DNA of 63,062 nucleotides, filler included, from Reticulomyxa filosa (lineage: Eukaryota > Protista > Foraminifera): the NCBI GenBank assembly GCA_000512085.1. It is 25 parts of 25 records of this genome, joined end to end, with 100 filler letters (N's around TTAATTAATTAA, not from the genome) between each part and the next. Parts side by side here need not be neighbours in the genome. Positions count along the whole stretch, not along the records: positions 11,590 to 20,266 come from ASPP01008349.1; positions 20,367 to 21,736 come from ASPP01000861.1; positions 21,837 to 24,297 come from ASPP01008722.1; positions 24,398 to 26,726 come from ASPP01007221.1; positions 26,827 to 29,841 come from ASPP01027785.1; 20 more parts are not named here. The stretch is one strand, 5' to 3'. Below the pieces are notes generated by a model. That model had not been told where the DNA came from, did not search any database, and saw only the letters and a list, made by a program, of their open reading frames with translations. A program made the translations under genes and the position numbers. Position 1 is the first letter of the stretch; the number at the start of each line of letters is the position of its first letter. Positions 13,068 through 27,726 of the stretch are shown here, in pieces.

Positions 13068-15756
13068 AATATATACACTTCTGTTGTTTGCTTTATGATG
13101 CATAAGGACGAGAGAAAGAACATTTTTATACTTAAAAACAGTAATTATTGTGTGTGAATTGTTATACCACCCATCTTGCTATTATTCCTTTGTTTAATTT
13201 GAAAAAAAGAAAAATAATAACACAAAAAGATTAACTTAATTTCACTTGCACTTGTTTTTATTATTATCATCATTATTTTATCTTTTTCCATTTATTATTT
13301 ACGCCTTTTTCTTTCCCAATTTAAAAAAACATTTTTTTGATTAAATTGTGACAGTCTTAAGAAAAAATAGTTGTCAATTAATGAATTTTTGTTTCAAAAT
13401 GAGACAAGTAGGAAACTACTCTGTGATCCATTATGAACTACTTTGATTCTGTGACATTTTTTTTTACTGTCCTTCTAAAAAAGTGAATCAAAATATTTGC
13501 TGTTTTAAAGAAAGAACGTAAAACCGTTTTTTTTAAAAAAGACTACTTATCATGTAAAGCTTCAAAAGTTAGTTGCTTGAGAAATGCAACAGAATATTGA
13601 CAAGCATTCGATTATTAAAATGTTCATTTTTTTATTTTCTGAACAACAGATGTTGGAAAGCAAACACGAATTCGATCAAAGAAGAAATTTCTCACCAAAT
13701 TGGAACAAATGAATTTCTTTAAATTGATTGAATTTTTTGTTTATGAAATTTTTTGAATATTCATATCTAACGCTATTATCAATCAAGCATTTATGTTTAT
13801 GATATATTGGAACAAATTTTATCGTTGCATTCATACGTTAGAATTATTGAATTTGGCATTTTTTCAATTTTTTCAAATTTATTTACGTTTGTGGTTGGAC
13901 TATGTCATATTGGATCGAAACCATTATCACTATTATAAAAAAAAATATTTATGGCACAACGTAAACAAACAAGAATATATTTTGCAGTACATTTGCGATT
14001 GTTAGAACATTGTAAACATATTCGTTTCTACGGTTGTCAGTGGAAATAGCGCTAGTATGCGTTGTATTTGTACTGATGTAACATTTGCAAACTTTCATTA
14101 TCTTCATCCTTTAAAGCTGGTTATCTAGAGAACATAACTGAAAATTCAATTTGGGCTTTGAAGTCTACTTGCTGTAAAATCTAGTTATTACGATTGCATC
14201 TTCTTACGATCGATCATACTATAGTACTCGTAGTACTGATCGTTGTCAGAACTCCCTTTATTCTGGTTCAAACTCACTTCACTTATCAGTCTTTTGTTCT
14301 TCTTACTTTTGCTTGTTTATTTTAGGTCATTATTTTCTCATTATTTAACAAATTTCGTTTTGTTGAAAGTTGCTCAGTAGAGCTAATCAACCTTTCGTAT
14401 TACACTTTGCGAAGTTATTTTCAGTATCAGACATTCCACAATGCAAATGAATAAAATATGTTTACGAATATAAATGTAAACCTAAACATCCACAAACCAA
14501 ATATGATGTACCAAATCAATAATTATTACTTTTTTTCTTATTTCTTAATTGTTTGTGTTTTAATGCACAGATGCAAATATATACGGCGCACTAGTATTAA
14601 TTTTTTGTACAATTGCTTCTATTCGATTGTATCAGTATATTGCATATACATAAATTGCCATTTGGAATACCCTTTTTTTATCCCCTTCAATATTCAAGCA
14701 GATGTAATAAAAAAATTTGTTTCCATTCGATTATACACACAACCACCTCCATGTGATAATATGCATACTGTCTAAGTGTCAAATATCATCCTAAAGGTGA
14801 CGCTGCATAGTATGAAACATTATAAACATATTTTCAACTTTGCGGAGCTCTAAAAAATTTCATTTTTTTCTTGATATTTCGTCAGAAAAAGATTTTTTGA
14901 ATAACACCTTTTGCTATTATTTTTCAAAAGTTTTTTTACTTTCCTGTGATAGCATTGGTCTACAAATTACGTACTTTCCAAAAGGTTAACATAAGACTAA
15001 CAACAAAACAAACACGAACCAAAACGCAAAGTTGTTGCAGAAAAAGAAGAAAAAAGTTGAGAGCTGACGAATAGAATAAGTTGTTACAGTTTAATATGTA
15101 GTTACAACCAACGGGCGTTCTTTTGTCGGCAAGATATTTTGAAGACTTCAACTTGTTTGTTTCTTGGGAGGAGTCTCCACAACAAACACTGTTAATTATT
15201 TTTTTAATATTTTTTTTCATAAAAAACGTGTGTACACGAATTTGAAACAGAATATCTTTTGTGACTTAATTACAAAGTAAACGACGTGCTTAATCAATTG
15301 ATTAGAAAATGTCATATTAAAGTGACATAAAATGTTTGCCTAACATTTTCAAAAAACAAAAAATATTGTTTCGGTAACAAATTTATTTTGAAGAAACAAA
15401 TAAGAACAAGCAGAGTTTTCTAGTTAAAGAAATTGCAATACTTCACCACTTTGGACCTTTTATGCAAATTTTGATTTCCTTGGATTTCGGTTTCTTTTTT
15501 TTGGTTATTCCCAATGTTTCAAACAGTTTACCGTTAAGATGTTAAACTTTTTATTGTAATTAACAATTGAAGAATGTATTCATTTTTATCTTACTCTATT
15601 TTTCTTTAAATATGATAATAAAAACTCCTTTGTGTTACAATTAATATAAGGCTCGATTGTACAATGAGATAATTTTAAAAAAGAAATATAGTTTGTACAA
15701 TCTACGTTACACAAACAACTACTTTGTGAAGAACAAGTTGCAACAAAAGGAATTTG

Positions 15757-17776
15757 CTATTTATCTGTAAGCCAATCGGATACATCATTGATCCAATTCC
15801 ACGAGAGAATGCGACGACCAGTGGAAATATAAGAGTCAGGAGGAATTTCAGAATAATTGACGAATAGGTCAATCGCTTTTCTTTTGAAATGGGAAAATTG
15901 TGTGGGAGTGTGACCAAGTTTTTGGTTGAATAAAGCCAAACCAGAGAGATTCGAAGTTTTCAGAGTGATGAACCGAACACCAGAGTACGTTTTGAAAAAG
16001 TTTCCATCTTTAGAGTGGGCCAAATGTTGAAGAGCCTCTTGGCTAAAACAGACCAAGAAAATAATGGCATGGCAATGAGCAGAGCTAGGTTCATTCAACA
16101 AGCCGTGGAAAAAATCGAGCTCGTTGATAAGCGCATCAACATCCTCCGTATCCGAAATGAGTGGGTCAAACTCGAAACAAAAGATTTTGGGGAGACGTGA
16201 GCCCGGGCACGAAAAGCGTTCCTGCAATCCTACCCACTTCAATACCTGTTTCATCGGGTAGTCACAACACACCACCGGCATGTGCAAATACGACAACGCT
16301 TGCGAAAAGAAAGGCTTCCAACTCAACCACAAATTTTTCTTCGGCTTGCTATCCAAGTTTTCATCACCACCGTGGATAATTATTGTAAAGCGATCCAAAG
16401 TACTATTGCAGTGAAGAAGATCTTTTTTTTTTTTTTTTTTTAATTTGACAATTGTTATACATTATTCACTTATTATTATTATCATCTTTTTTTTTTAAAA
16501 AAAAACTTTTACCTGTTTTTTCGTCAATGAGAGCATTGCGAAGGGGTGACATAAACTTCATTTGCAATGTTAATTGTTGCAAATGCGAAAAAGCGGGTGC
16601 AGTGATCTTTTTTGGCAAGCTAATGTCGCCTTCTATATCAAAGAGTACCAACAGCTGCAGTTGTGGATGAAGAATGCCGGCCTTGGAGAAATGTTTAAAA
16701 AATTCTTGGATATCGCAACATCCGCAAAACAAGGATCTGACGCCCAAGTTGTCCATTGCTTCAAAAGCTGTTTCGTGGCCAATCTCCGAGAAATTGTTGA
16801 AAAACAAGGTTTGCACGCAAGGCACTCGACTTAAAAAGTTCTGCAAATCCTTCACTTCAAGGCCATATCCACTATCAAATTTTATCGTGGTTAAACACGA
16901 ACGACTTTGGCCTTCTCCGTTCTTTTCGTCCTCATACTGCGCCGCCAAATACTCCAACAAGCTGGAAAGGCTGTCTCCACAAGGTACGTTGATGCAAGTT
17001 ACCTTCTCAAACTTTGGCAACTGCAACCCCGCCAATCGTTTGGGTTCGCCTTTTAATGATAATTGCGTCACCAATGGAAAATGTTTGCCTACGTAGCAAA
17101 AAAACAAGTCCGTTATTATTATTATTTTATTTTTTTTTTTTTGTAGGAGATCATCTATTTAACTCAATTTTGCTAGCACTTCAGTTGTTGCTTTCGACTG
17201 TTCTCGCTTTTTGGTTTTGTCTTCCTCATTGGTGTCATCGTCGTCAGCACTCAGGGTCAAGTGGGGTGTGTTTCGATATGGTGCTAGTTCTCTCTCAAAC
17301 ACATTTGCTATGGCTTGCTCATTCCGATTGAACAGCCACTTGCCCATTTCTATTGTCAATGGCAACTGAAAACTCATCGGTGATCTCAACAAGTATAAAA
17401 AGCGTCGACACACTTGATAGCATGTGCTTCTCTCATGCCAATCCAAGTATTGCATTACTTCACATATCAACACATCTGTAACACTCGTGAGGATCATACG
17501 TGTGCCACTATCATCTTTCGTTTTTGTTGCTACATTTGCTGTTATTTGTGCTATCTGCTTTGATCGCTCTAAATTCTCTTTCAACGCCTTTGCACTTACT
17601 TTTGACAACACTCCTCTCACCATCTCAAACACCGTTTCGTGGCATGATGCCAGCGAGTTCTCGGAACTTAACCAATCCGACAAAAATTTACAAAATTGAT
17701 CTGTTCTCTCGAATTTTCGAAAATTTTCATTCAACTTCAACAGCCATAGGAACCTATCTTGTTCAATATTACTCAT
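15757..17776 (-). CDS. F-box-like protein with probable LRR-like C-terminus, 3 exons
   Basis: F-box-like 'LTSVTDVLICEVMQYLDWHERSTCYQVCRRF'. Three long collinear ORFs are split by polyA/T introns (~17095-17160, ~16410-16510). Leu-rich periodic segments follow. Confidence 0.7.
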
Positions 17777-18912
17777 TTTTCTTGTCGGGATTGTACAAGG
17801 TTTTTTTTCCTTTCCCTTGGAAACTAGTATTATCAACAAGTCTGATTTCTCGGAGAACTTCGTTTTCGTAGTGCAGTAAAGTTTGTACTGCAAAATGCCA
17901 AACACACAAAAAAAATTAAAGTTTTTTCTTTGCTTTTTTATTTTTTTTATCAAATTTTGTTATTTGTTATTATGCTTGTTCTTGAGAAGTTAATATCAAT
18001 CTCACCATAAAACTATTGTCGAAAGAGTTTTAAAAACTGAAATCAAAGTCCCTTTTTCTTAAAAAAAAAATTTGTCAACAGAAAGAAAAGACACGATTAA
18101 ACTTTTGGCAATCTTCCAAGACCATTTATTTTGCTAAGAATTTCATCTCAATACCAAAAATAAAAGTATATTGTTGAAAGGTCTGTAACCATCTACGTAC
18201 CCACGGTTCTGGATAACGGTTAGCGTCGCCAGTTATTTTAGTTTTTTTGTACGTGGTCATGCCGCTTCACACCAAATGTATACGTTGTTTATTGCAACAC
18301 AAGGTTCGGTGAGAGATCGGCAAGAGTGTCACAGAAATAAAAAAGAGGCAAAAAAATATAAAATATAGGGAACTTGGCCAAGGAACGGCAAGTGGTTTAA
18401 TTAAAAATTTTGGCTGCAAGCTTTGAGTATTATAACTATGCATTGAAAATAACGTTGTTGTTTTGAACAATTAGTCAGCCTTGATTGTTTGTATTGAGTC
18501 CACTGATACTTTATCTTAGAGTACTCCCATTGTATCGCTTTGGAAAGTTTATTTGAAGTAACCTCTTTTTTAAAGCTGATGAGTGTACAAAGCAGCTTTT
18601 TTCTTTTGCAAAAAAAACCTCTATTGAAAATTTTATAAACGTTGTAACTTTTTTAAAATTTGTCACGCTTTGCAAGTAAAGTCATTCAAATTTTTCGAGC
18701 TATTTCCAAAAATAATTGAAAAAAAATACAAATTGCAAAGTCATTCAGAAAAATTTATTTTGTAAAAAGTTTCTGACAAGTGTAATTTGTTTTTTTTGAA
18801 CGAATACTGTTCCGAACATCAAATAGAAATTTTTTATATAAATTCCAACAACAACTCAAATCATTCGCTAACAAAAAAAAGAAACAAGCATAAAGAAAAA
18901 AAAACAGCAGTA

Positions 18913-20266
18913 TTACGGCGATGCCGAACGAAACTGTGTTTTCTTTTGTGCTTGTAGCATTATCAGTCGCACAGTTTTTTTTTGACCGTCTCTAAAATCT
19001 CGCAATTCAGTGTCAATTTTTTCATCAAAGATTTTTGTAAATACACAATGGTTTGGCTCCAGTTTCAGTTCGCTCACGAATTCCAGCCTTTTATTACTGC
19101 TACGGCTTGTTATAATAACGAAAAGACCTGTTGTAAAACGCGGCATATCATAAAAAAACTTTTCTTTTAATTTAAATAAATGAAATGGATAGTTGCAACA
19201 TTGAGGAAGAGGGGGGAGAAAAAAATTGGCTAAAAAAATCAAAAGGAAGGAAAAAAAAAAAAAATACCTTACATACCGTCATGTCGCAAAACTCGATACA
19301 CTTGTTTACAAATTAAACACACATCATCGAAGTTATCAAAAATTGGACCTTTTAAGTGTAAACTTTGCTCCCCACTTTCGTTGCCACAATCCACCGCGTC
19401 TAGTACACCTTTATCGATAACAACCTAATTTCAATCCTATTTTTTTTTTTTTTTTTTTTGGCCACCCTTGCTTTTAATTTTATTGTCGTCCTAAAAACAA
19501 AAAAAAAAAAAACATAAAGTAAACAACTTGAAAGGTGTTGTCAGGGAAATCCAAAAATCTTGCATCTTGACAAAGATATTGGATACAAGTCTGCAAACGG
19601 GTAATGTTGGCATTGGTTTGAAAAGGGTAGCGGACAGGGTCAGCAAACTTCTTAAAGTTTAAAAGCTTGACCAAATTAATGGCACGAGCACTGAAATCAA
19701 TGCAAGTGATATTGTTGTATTTGGACTCGATGACCAGATTGGACGCCAAGTCACTAATGCCACATCCAATTTCCAAAATGGGGATATCTTTGTTCGGGCC
19801 AAATATTTGTTGCCATTTGGTCTCCATCATCACGCGTATATCCTCATAGCAGCAAAACCATTCAAAGTGCTGTTGGTCGTTATTGAACTGTCCGTCTTCG
19901 CCCACTTCGGTTATTTGTGGCATTTCTTCATGGACCTTCTTCATTGCCGTCCTTTTCACTGTTTCTTCTTCCTCCGCCTGTGCATTTTTTCGTGAACAGT
20001 AGTCGTACAAACGATCCCAGTATTCTTTGTCGCAATAATGTGCGTGAATGTCCCATTGTTCCAGAGGAGGAAATAACGCCGCTGTATTTACAATTGCAGT
20101 TGTATCTGTGCATCCATTACTATTGGTATTGACATCGCTGCCAATCGTTGTGTCGCTTTTTTGCGCAAATTTGGCTTGGTCCATTGTCAGACATCTGTCT
20201 TCATTGTCTTTGATTTTTTTGCCAACATCACTATTGTTGTGATCGTTATTATTAATATTATTATTA
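18913..20266 (-). CDS. SAM-dependent methyltransferase, METTL13/EEF1AKMT4-like; 3 exons, 5' end possibly partial
   Basis: Family motifs 'KEYWDRLY', 'FEWF', 'ILEIGCGIS', 'ITCIDFS' and 'DARFLDFPDNTF'. The exon at ~19270-19425 reads 'VIDKGVLDAV...VYRVLRHDG'. Confidence 0.85.
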
Positions 20267-21836
20267 NNNNNNNNNNNNNNNNNNNNNNNNNNNNNNNNNN
20301 NNNNNNNNNNTTAATTAATTAANNNNNNNNNNNNNNNNNNNNNNNNNNNNNNNNNNNNNNNNNNNNTGTATTATTCATTGTTTATTTTCAATTTCTTTTT
20401 TTTTAAATTTAACCTTATGTATCCTCAATTTTGCTTTTCTATAATCATGATTTCACAAATAATAGACGAAATTGATTTTAAGGATTCGACAAAATTAGTT
20501 TTACCTGAATCCTGAGTTCTATTTTCTCAATAAATCTATTTAAAAGAAAAATGCTCTTAGGACCTTTGTACAAATTATCATTACTGCAACTACATTCTAT
20601 CAAATACCGCAGTTATTCATAAGTTACTTTAAATATCTACTTCAAATGTAATTCATCACATTACATCAACAATTGTACCACCCACAATTAAATTATATTA
20701 TTTTGCATTATCTCTTTTTTTAAATGAAAAGATTAGATCAAAATTCATGTGGCATAAGGCTTTATCAGCTCTAAAAACAAAAAAAACAATGAAAATGTAA
20801 TGTCTATTTAATTGAAAATAATAAATATAAATATGGCAACTTTTGTATAGTCACATTCAAACAACAAGGAAACACCTCGTAAGCAATGCAATTGCAATAA
20901 AACACCTCACAACAACTTTTGATAATAATTCATTCAAATCTTATTGTTTATGTAAGGTGCTATTATTCTGGTTCGTTTACCATAATTAAATTTTTGGTCA
21001 AAAAGGGAATTAATTGAATTCGATCTCAAAAGCTGTTAAAGCAATTTTGCTTGAAAATGTGAAAATATCTCTTTTAAAATGGGGCATCGTCAATGTAAGT
21101 TTTTCTCTATCAAATTGTGCATTTTGATTTGAAAATTGTCTTAATGCAAAAAAAATGACAAGAAATCTTTTTTAAAGGGTAACACAAAAAAACCTGTAAT
21201 AAATTCAATATATTCGTCAAATCAACTTTTTTACCGAAATTTCAAAAATATGTTCACAATATATTGGTCTATCGTCCCAAATTAGTTTGGTCATTTCTAA
21301 TTTTATACATATTGTAATTTTGTTATCTATACTTAGGTCCTTTTATAAGCTATTACATCTTCACTCATCCTGCATTACAGTACTCCAAGGCTAAACATCA
21401 CACAACCAAGTGGCGTTTTGGCAAAAAAAAGCAAAGGAAGACAAAATCAAAAAGAAGAAACTGAATTGGGCGGCGCCTGGGGCTCCGCCTTATTCATTTT
21501 TTCCTTTTTCGATTTTTCCTTCCTTTGGTTTTTTTTGGGTTTTATTTCGGAAAAATAAATTTATAATTTGGCTAGATAGCTTTTTTTTTTTTATGAATTT
21601 TTGATTAGTATGTTAATGTGTGTAATGTTTTATTAAAATACAAAGGATAATAAAACACTACACTCACTAATGTGTATCACATTTTAAGTTCCTTAGGCAA
21701 AGTGCAATCGTTCAAGATAAAAGACTACTTCAGTTTNNNNNNNNNNNNNNNNNNNNNNNNNNNNNNNNNNNNNNNNNNNNTTAATTAATTAANNNNNNNN
21801 NNNNNNNNNNNNNNNNNNNNNNNNNNNNNNNNNNNN

Positions 21837-22240
21837 TGTTGTTGTTGTTGTTGTTGCCGTGCATTTATCGTCAGAACTGTAGGAGTCTGCGCTTGCAGCG
21901 GAGTTGTGGGCTCATACTGCTGCGACAATGACAGACGGTGCACATGCGATCGGGGAGTGTCGTTGCATTGGTTTTGTTGAGCTGTCTCAAGTATAATTAT
22001 GGTATCAGTCGAGTTTTTGTCTTCTTCTCCGTCACTCTCTTCCATCTCGTCTTCTTCACTACTTGGGTGCTGTGGGGAAATTTGGTGATGGGATGTATTT
22101 AGCGTGAAGATTGGAGAGGTCATCGAGTACTGGCAAGGAGTATGCGTTTTCACGTTGCTGCACTCGCTATCAGAAGCTTGGGCATCTGATCTTGAGGGAG
22201 TTAATTTCAGGTGTCGAGAACGTGGAATAGAAGACGACAT
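21837..22240 (-). CDS. Low-complexity hypothetical protein, 5' part (truncated at polyQ)
   Basis: Open frame 'MSSSIPRSRHL...QQQQ' with coding-like GC content, running into the spacer. Confidence 0.5.
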
Positions 22241-22792
22241 GATTAACAAAAAGCGAACAAACTTTAGGGCATTTGGGCTCAACTTTTTTTACTTTATTTC
22301 ATTATTCATTTATTCTCACCACTAAACTGCTATTGTATTGTTGATTATGCCATAGCTGATCGTTTTCTTTTTAAGGCAAGAAGCAAAACCTAAATACTCT
22401 TTAGTTTAACAAATTTTGAACTTACTAATAATATATACTCCACTTTAACATCATCTCTTCAGATTGGGAGACTTAGTTTTTTTTTCTCGAATGAAGATAC
22501 GTATCCAGTTTTTTGTTGTAATCTGTACAATGCCGTAAGCACAAAATTTTCTCATATGCAAAAAAGTGTCACATGATAAAAACGTACTACTTTACTTTTG
22601 AGTGAAATATTTTCATCCTAAAACAACTCAGACAAGAGTTACAGTTGAAATTCAATTTCAGAAAAAGCAATAAACCCCGCTTTTCAAAAGTTTACATTTT
22701 TTTTTTTTTTCCTCGACGTTTAAAGTTTAAACACCATATCCCTCTTTCCTCCCCTTTGTCCCATTCTGACATTTTTTTAATTTTATTTTATT

Positions 22793-23910
22793 TTACAGAA
22801 CAATGCAGCCTATATTTCGATAAACCATAAAAGCACACGTATAATAAGTAATAGATCAAACGAAGAAACAGAACGTAAAGAAAAAAGTAATATACATCTC
22901 CGAAAAGAAAAATTAACTGCCACTAGAGGCATCTCTTTTTACACTTTCCAAGTATTCAATCAAGTTCTTGTTGTTGATCTGCCTGGCATAGTCGATGGAG
23001 GTCTTTCCTTCATTATCTTTCATGTTGACTTTGGCATTTTTGGATTCGACTAAGAAATGAACGAACTCAATGTCGCCTTGGGCTACCGCACAATGAAGAA
23101 TAGTTCGTCGTGCAAATTTGCCCGCGCTGTTTACATCAGCGCCGTTTTCAACCAAAAACTTGGCTGTCTCATAAAATTTCGGGTCCTTTTTGCTCACAAA
23201 ATCAATGCAATAACTCAAGGCATCATAACCTTCAAGATCCCTTGCATCGATATTCGCGTGATGCTTCAATAGCACTTTCACTGCGTCCAAACATCCGACT
23301 TCCGCGGCGTCCATCAGTGGAGTACGTTGCAACTTATCCAGTGCGTCGACTTCGCATTTATTCTCAATCAAAAATTCGCACATTTCTGGCTGGCCATTTG
23401 CTTTTTATTTCATTCATTTATTTATTTGTTTATTTGTTTATTTGTTTATTTTTATCTTTGTTTTGTGTCACGAATTGAAATTACAATGTCCATTTGTTTG
23501 TCTCGTACGAGACAACATACCTGCTGCGTGATGGATCGGCAATGTGGAATCAAAGTCCATTTTTTTGATCAACGTTCGCACCGTTTTTGCACAGCACTTC
23601 CGCCACGTCTTTATAGCCTTTTTGAGCACACAAAAATATGGGAGTCACTTCACCCAACGCCAAACGGAATGGCAGATTTGGATTTGCTCCTGATGTTAAT
23701 GCTGCTTTCACTTCTTCTGCATTTCCACGACGGCAACCATCGCATAACCTTTTTTTTTACGCTTTGTTTTCGTTGTTTACTGCACAAGGGGGAATAAAAA
23801 CAAAGAGCACACCGTTTATCTGCCTCTGGCAACGTAGTAGTCGGACCAGTTCCCCAAATTGGACCAGATAATTCTTTTAATGTTGCTTGGATATTATTAT
23901 TAGTGGCCAT
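22793..23910 (-). CDS. Ankyrin-repeat protein with C-terminal CaaX (CIVL), 4 exons
   Basis: Ankyrin repeats 'TPIFLCAQKGYKDVAEVL', 'TPLMDAAEVGCLDAVKVLL' and 'TILHCAVAQGDIEFVHFLV'. A final 17-nt exon (22793-22809) after a GT..AG intron gives ...SSGSCIVL*. Confidence 0.85.
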
Positions 23911-24397
23911 TTAAATTTTCTTTTCTTCGCTTATATGAATATATTAAACCCCGCCGGACAAGATTGTTGTGTTTTTTAAAAAATAAGTACGATATCTGAT
24001 CTAAATGCATGAGTGCTACTTTATCTAATAACAACAATTAACTTGCTAGAATTAAATTTTATTTTTCATTCAGAATTAATCATCTTTATCTTCTTAAATT
24101 GCTTAGGAAATACATATGATATACGATATTTCATCGTTGGCAGCAAATGACGTGGAAAAAGAGATACTATGAAAGATAGTAAATAGATTTCTGCAAAATT
24201 TCAACTGGAACATGAACGTGACCAAGTGTAATACAGTAGATTGCAAAAAAAACCGCCGTACCTAAATGGCACTATATAAAGAGAATCGATTTTCTCCNNN
24301 NNNNNNNNNNNNNNNNNNNNNNNNNNNNNNNNNNNNNNNNNTTAATTAATTAANNNNNNNNNNNNNNNNNNNNNNNNNNNNNNNNNNNNNNNNNNNN

Positions 24398-24436
24398 TTA
24401 TTATTATTGTTATTATTATTAATATTGTTATCATTA

Positions 24437-24468
<32 letters not shown>

Positions 24469-26726
24469 GTTGTTGATGTTGTTATTGTTGTGTTTATGTA
24501 TCGGATATTGAATCGGAAGAATTTGACTATAGCTGCGATTCTTGCTTGCTGCTTGACATCGACGATTCATTTCTTCCACTAATTGTAGCCATTGTGTTTC
24601 ATTCTCTATCTGAAGAACAATCCCATTTGCATGCACATACATATATGTATATTATACTTTTTGATAATCTGTATGTATTATACGTAAAAAAAAAAAAAAA
24701 AAAAAAAAATTAACTTTACAAAACAATTCAATCAATGGCTCATTGGTCACCCCTTGCAAGTACTTGAGTGAGTATCCCTTCTTTATCGATTCGATTTCTC
24801 GGGACGAAATGGACTCATCCCGCTGTTCACTCGCTTTGATATTGTCACTCGGTCGATATTGCTCTTCTTCCTCATCCTCCTTCTCTTTCTTGATCATCTT
24901 GGGCTTGGCTTTCGACTTTGACTTGTTTAATTCGGTCAGCTCCGTCTTTCGATAGATCTTCAGCATCCTCTCGTCGCTGTCTGTGCTGTTGGCATCGCCG
25001 AGGAACTTGGCCGTCGAGATGTGCTCATTGTCATGCTTGTCTTCCTTTCCAAAGCCTTTTCTTTTCTTTTCCTTTCGCGTGATGCCACTCTCTTTCGGGC
25101 TCTCGGACAAGGCCTTGCTTTCCATTTTCTCAATCAAATCGCAAGTGGACAAATCGCACTCGCTAGGTCGTAGCAGCTGTTTGGTGGGGTTTTTCGGGTT
25201 CGTGGCAGTATGTTGGAACTTTTTCAAAGGAGGTTTTGCAAACGACAACGAGCTCGAAGAGGATGAAACCGACGACGATAACGATGACGATGACGACGAA
25301 GCTGATGATGATGATGATGCTAATGTTGATGTCAATGGCAATGTCAATGGCGTTGCAATGGGTAATGCATGCGATGAAGACAAAGCCAAAGACGAAGACG
25401 ATGCAGTGATCAATGGATCTGTCAAGATTTTTTTTCGATGCGATAATGCGCCCGTTTCACAATTATTATTATTATTATTGTTGTTGTTGTTGTTGTCATT
25501 GTGTTTGCTATCATTGTCCGAAAGCAGCGAGGAATTCGAACCGTTGCCACGCTTTGGCAGACGATGTCGAAGTATGGTGATTTCGTTTTGCAAGCCTTCG
25601 TTTTCGTCGATTGGCAGTGGATGAGCCGGAGATGGATAGACCGATCGCGGTAATATTGGATGGGACATGGATATGTTGGACGGCATACTTTTGCTTGCGC
25701 TATGCGAAGAAGAATGATATCGCGTCTCTGTTGTCTGTTTGGTCTTTTCATTTGTCCCTCCTCCTCCTCCTCCTCCGGTTCGAGTCACTTTGATGGGTGC
25801 TTTCGTCGATTCTTTCGTATCACGATTGGGCTTTCTTTGCGAATTGACAACGGTTTGAAGGGGTTTTTTATTGACCCCAGTGTCGCCACTGTTGCCGGGG
25901 TCCCCCCATATTTTCCTCAATGTCGAAGTCGGACGTTCACTGCCAGCACCGCTCAAGGCAGCAGTAGAATCACTTTGAGCAATGGCAATGGCCATGGAAC
26001 CTTTGATATCCTCTTTGCAAGGATCACTTTGATCCGACATCCGCGAGTATCTTTTTTTCAAAGGTGTGCTATGTATGAAATTTTTGTTTAATGCAATTTT
26101 TTTTGAAATATTTTTTGTCTCCTTTGTTTTTTGTTTTTTTTTACATTTAATGTATATATTATTTTTCACATGCTGGAATTGCTAACATCATGCTTGCACA
26201 CATATGTCCACACACCTCCACATATATTCAAATTCCACTATGTTTTGAACAGAGAGAAGGATGGATTAATGTACACAGAAACTTGGTGTCACTGCAGGCA
26301 TTGCGATGACGAAAGCGAACAGCAGATTGGATCAGGTGTTCATCGTTGGCATCAGCATCAGCATCAGCATCAGCGTCAGCGTCAGCGTCAGCATCGACGT
26401 CGATGTCAGTGTGAAGAAGGAGCGCGATCGTTTCACTCTGGGTTTTTCCGGGATGACTTAGACGCGTGGCAGTACTGTCTTCGTCGTCTTCATCTTGATT
26501 GAACAGGGACATCATTGACTGCTCACGCAATTCGTCACGTATGGACAGGTCTTCCGACAAGCGCAGACTATGCCGTGTCTCTGACTCGGGCGTTTCGCAG
26601 CGATCTGTCCAGCGTCTTTTAGTTTGCAGCAGAGACTGTTCTATCGGCCACGTTACTGTTGCTGTTGTTGTTGTTGTTGTTGTTGTTGTCGTTGTTGTCG
26701 TTGTCGTTGCTGCTGCTGCTGCTGCT
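24398..26726 (-). CDS. Large disordered hypothetical protein (polyQ/N/S and DA repeats), multi-exon, partial
   Basis: Collinear long minus-strand ORFs (26228-26560, 24652-26169, 24346-24642) separated by AT-rich introns. No domain recognised. Confidence 0.6.
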
Positions 26727-26899
26727 NNNNNNNNNNNNNNNNNNNNNNNNNNNNNNNNNNNNNNNNNNNNTTAATTAATTAANNNNNNNNNNNNNNNNNN
26801 NNNNNNNNNNNNNNNNNNNNNNNNNNGGTCAACAAGGTGAAAATGTTCGCGTCCAAACCAAAATCCAGCAAAAAAACACAAATCAAATCAAACGAAAAC

Positions 26900-27689
26900 A
26901 GTCACAACATGAAGACATTTGTGAACTTTTTTTCCTCCATGAATGTTGGTGTGTCCCCTCCTTTGTTTTTCCAAAAGTGGCGTGCTGACGAACAAAAATA
27001 AAACATAAATAAAAAATGAAAATGAAGAAAACTTACCTGAACTTGAGAGATGAAATGAAATTGATGCGCTTGAGGGTCAAGCATTGCTGTGTGCACATCA
27101 TCCAATGAGAATAATGAAAATAAAAAAAAGGAAAGAGTCATCCGAACAAAACAGAAATTTCTTTTTTTCTGAATGTGAAAGACAACAAGAACGTACCCAC
27201 AGTTTTGATGTCTTGTGATGCAGGCCATAGCACATTTGCAGTTCCCAATTCCAAGTCTGTCCAAACAACAACAACAACTAAATGACAACGAATACCCCAA
27301 AAAAAAAAAAAAAAAAGGGGATTAAAAAAAAAAAGAAGGACATGATTGGTATCACCGTTTGTATATGTACATACACATATATATGTTATATATATATATA
27401 AGTTATATAAAAGTGAAGTTCGAAAAGAGTGATAAAAAAAAACTTGAATTGTTGGCATTGGATTGAAGGATAGAAGGTTCCTTGGCACTTGCGCAAGCAG
27501 ATTGCAACGGCAGTAAAGACAAAGATGGCAAGGTCAACAAGGAAGACCACGATGTGGATTCATTTGAAACATTGTTTCTATTATTGGTATTATTATTATC
27601 ATTATTAATCGGACGAATGTTTGAAGCAGTTGTCGAATTCAATGGAGGTAGACGTAGTCCATTGTTACTTGGTACCAAATTGCTATTAC

Positions 27690-27726
<37 letters not shown>

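Noticed and set aside
20367-21736. Possible decayed gene in an AT-rich contig
   Set aside because: I could not read a convincing motif on either strand, and part of the contig looks like low-quality sequence.
26345-26400. (GCATCA/GCGTCA)n hexamer encoding poly-DA
   Set aside because: Ordinary coding microsatellite, like the many polyN/Q/S tracts in this genome.
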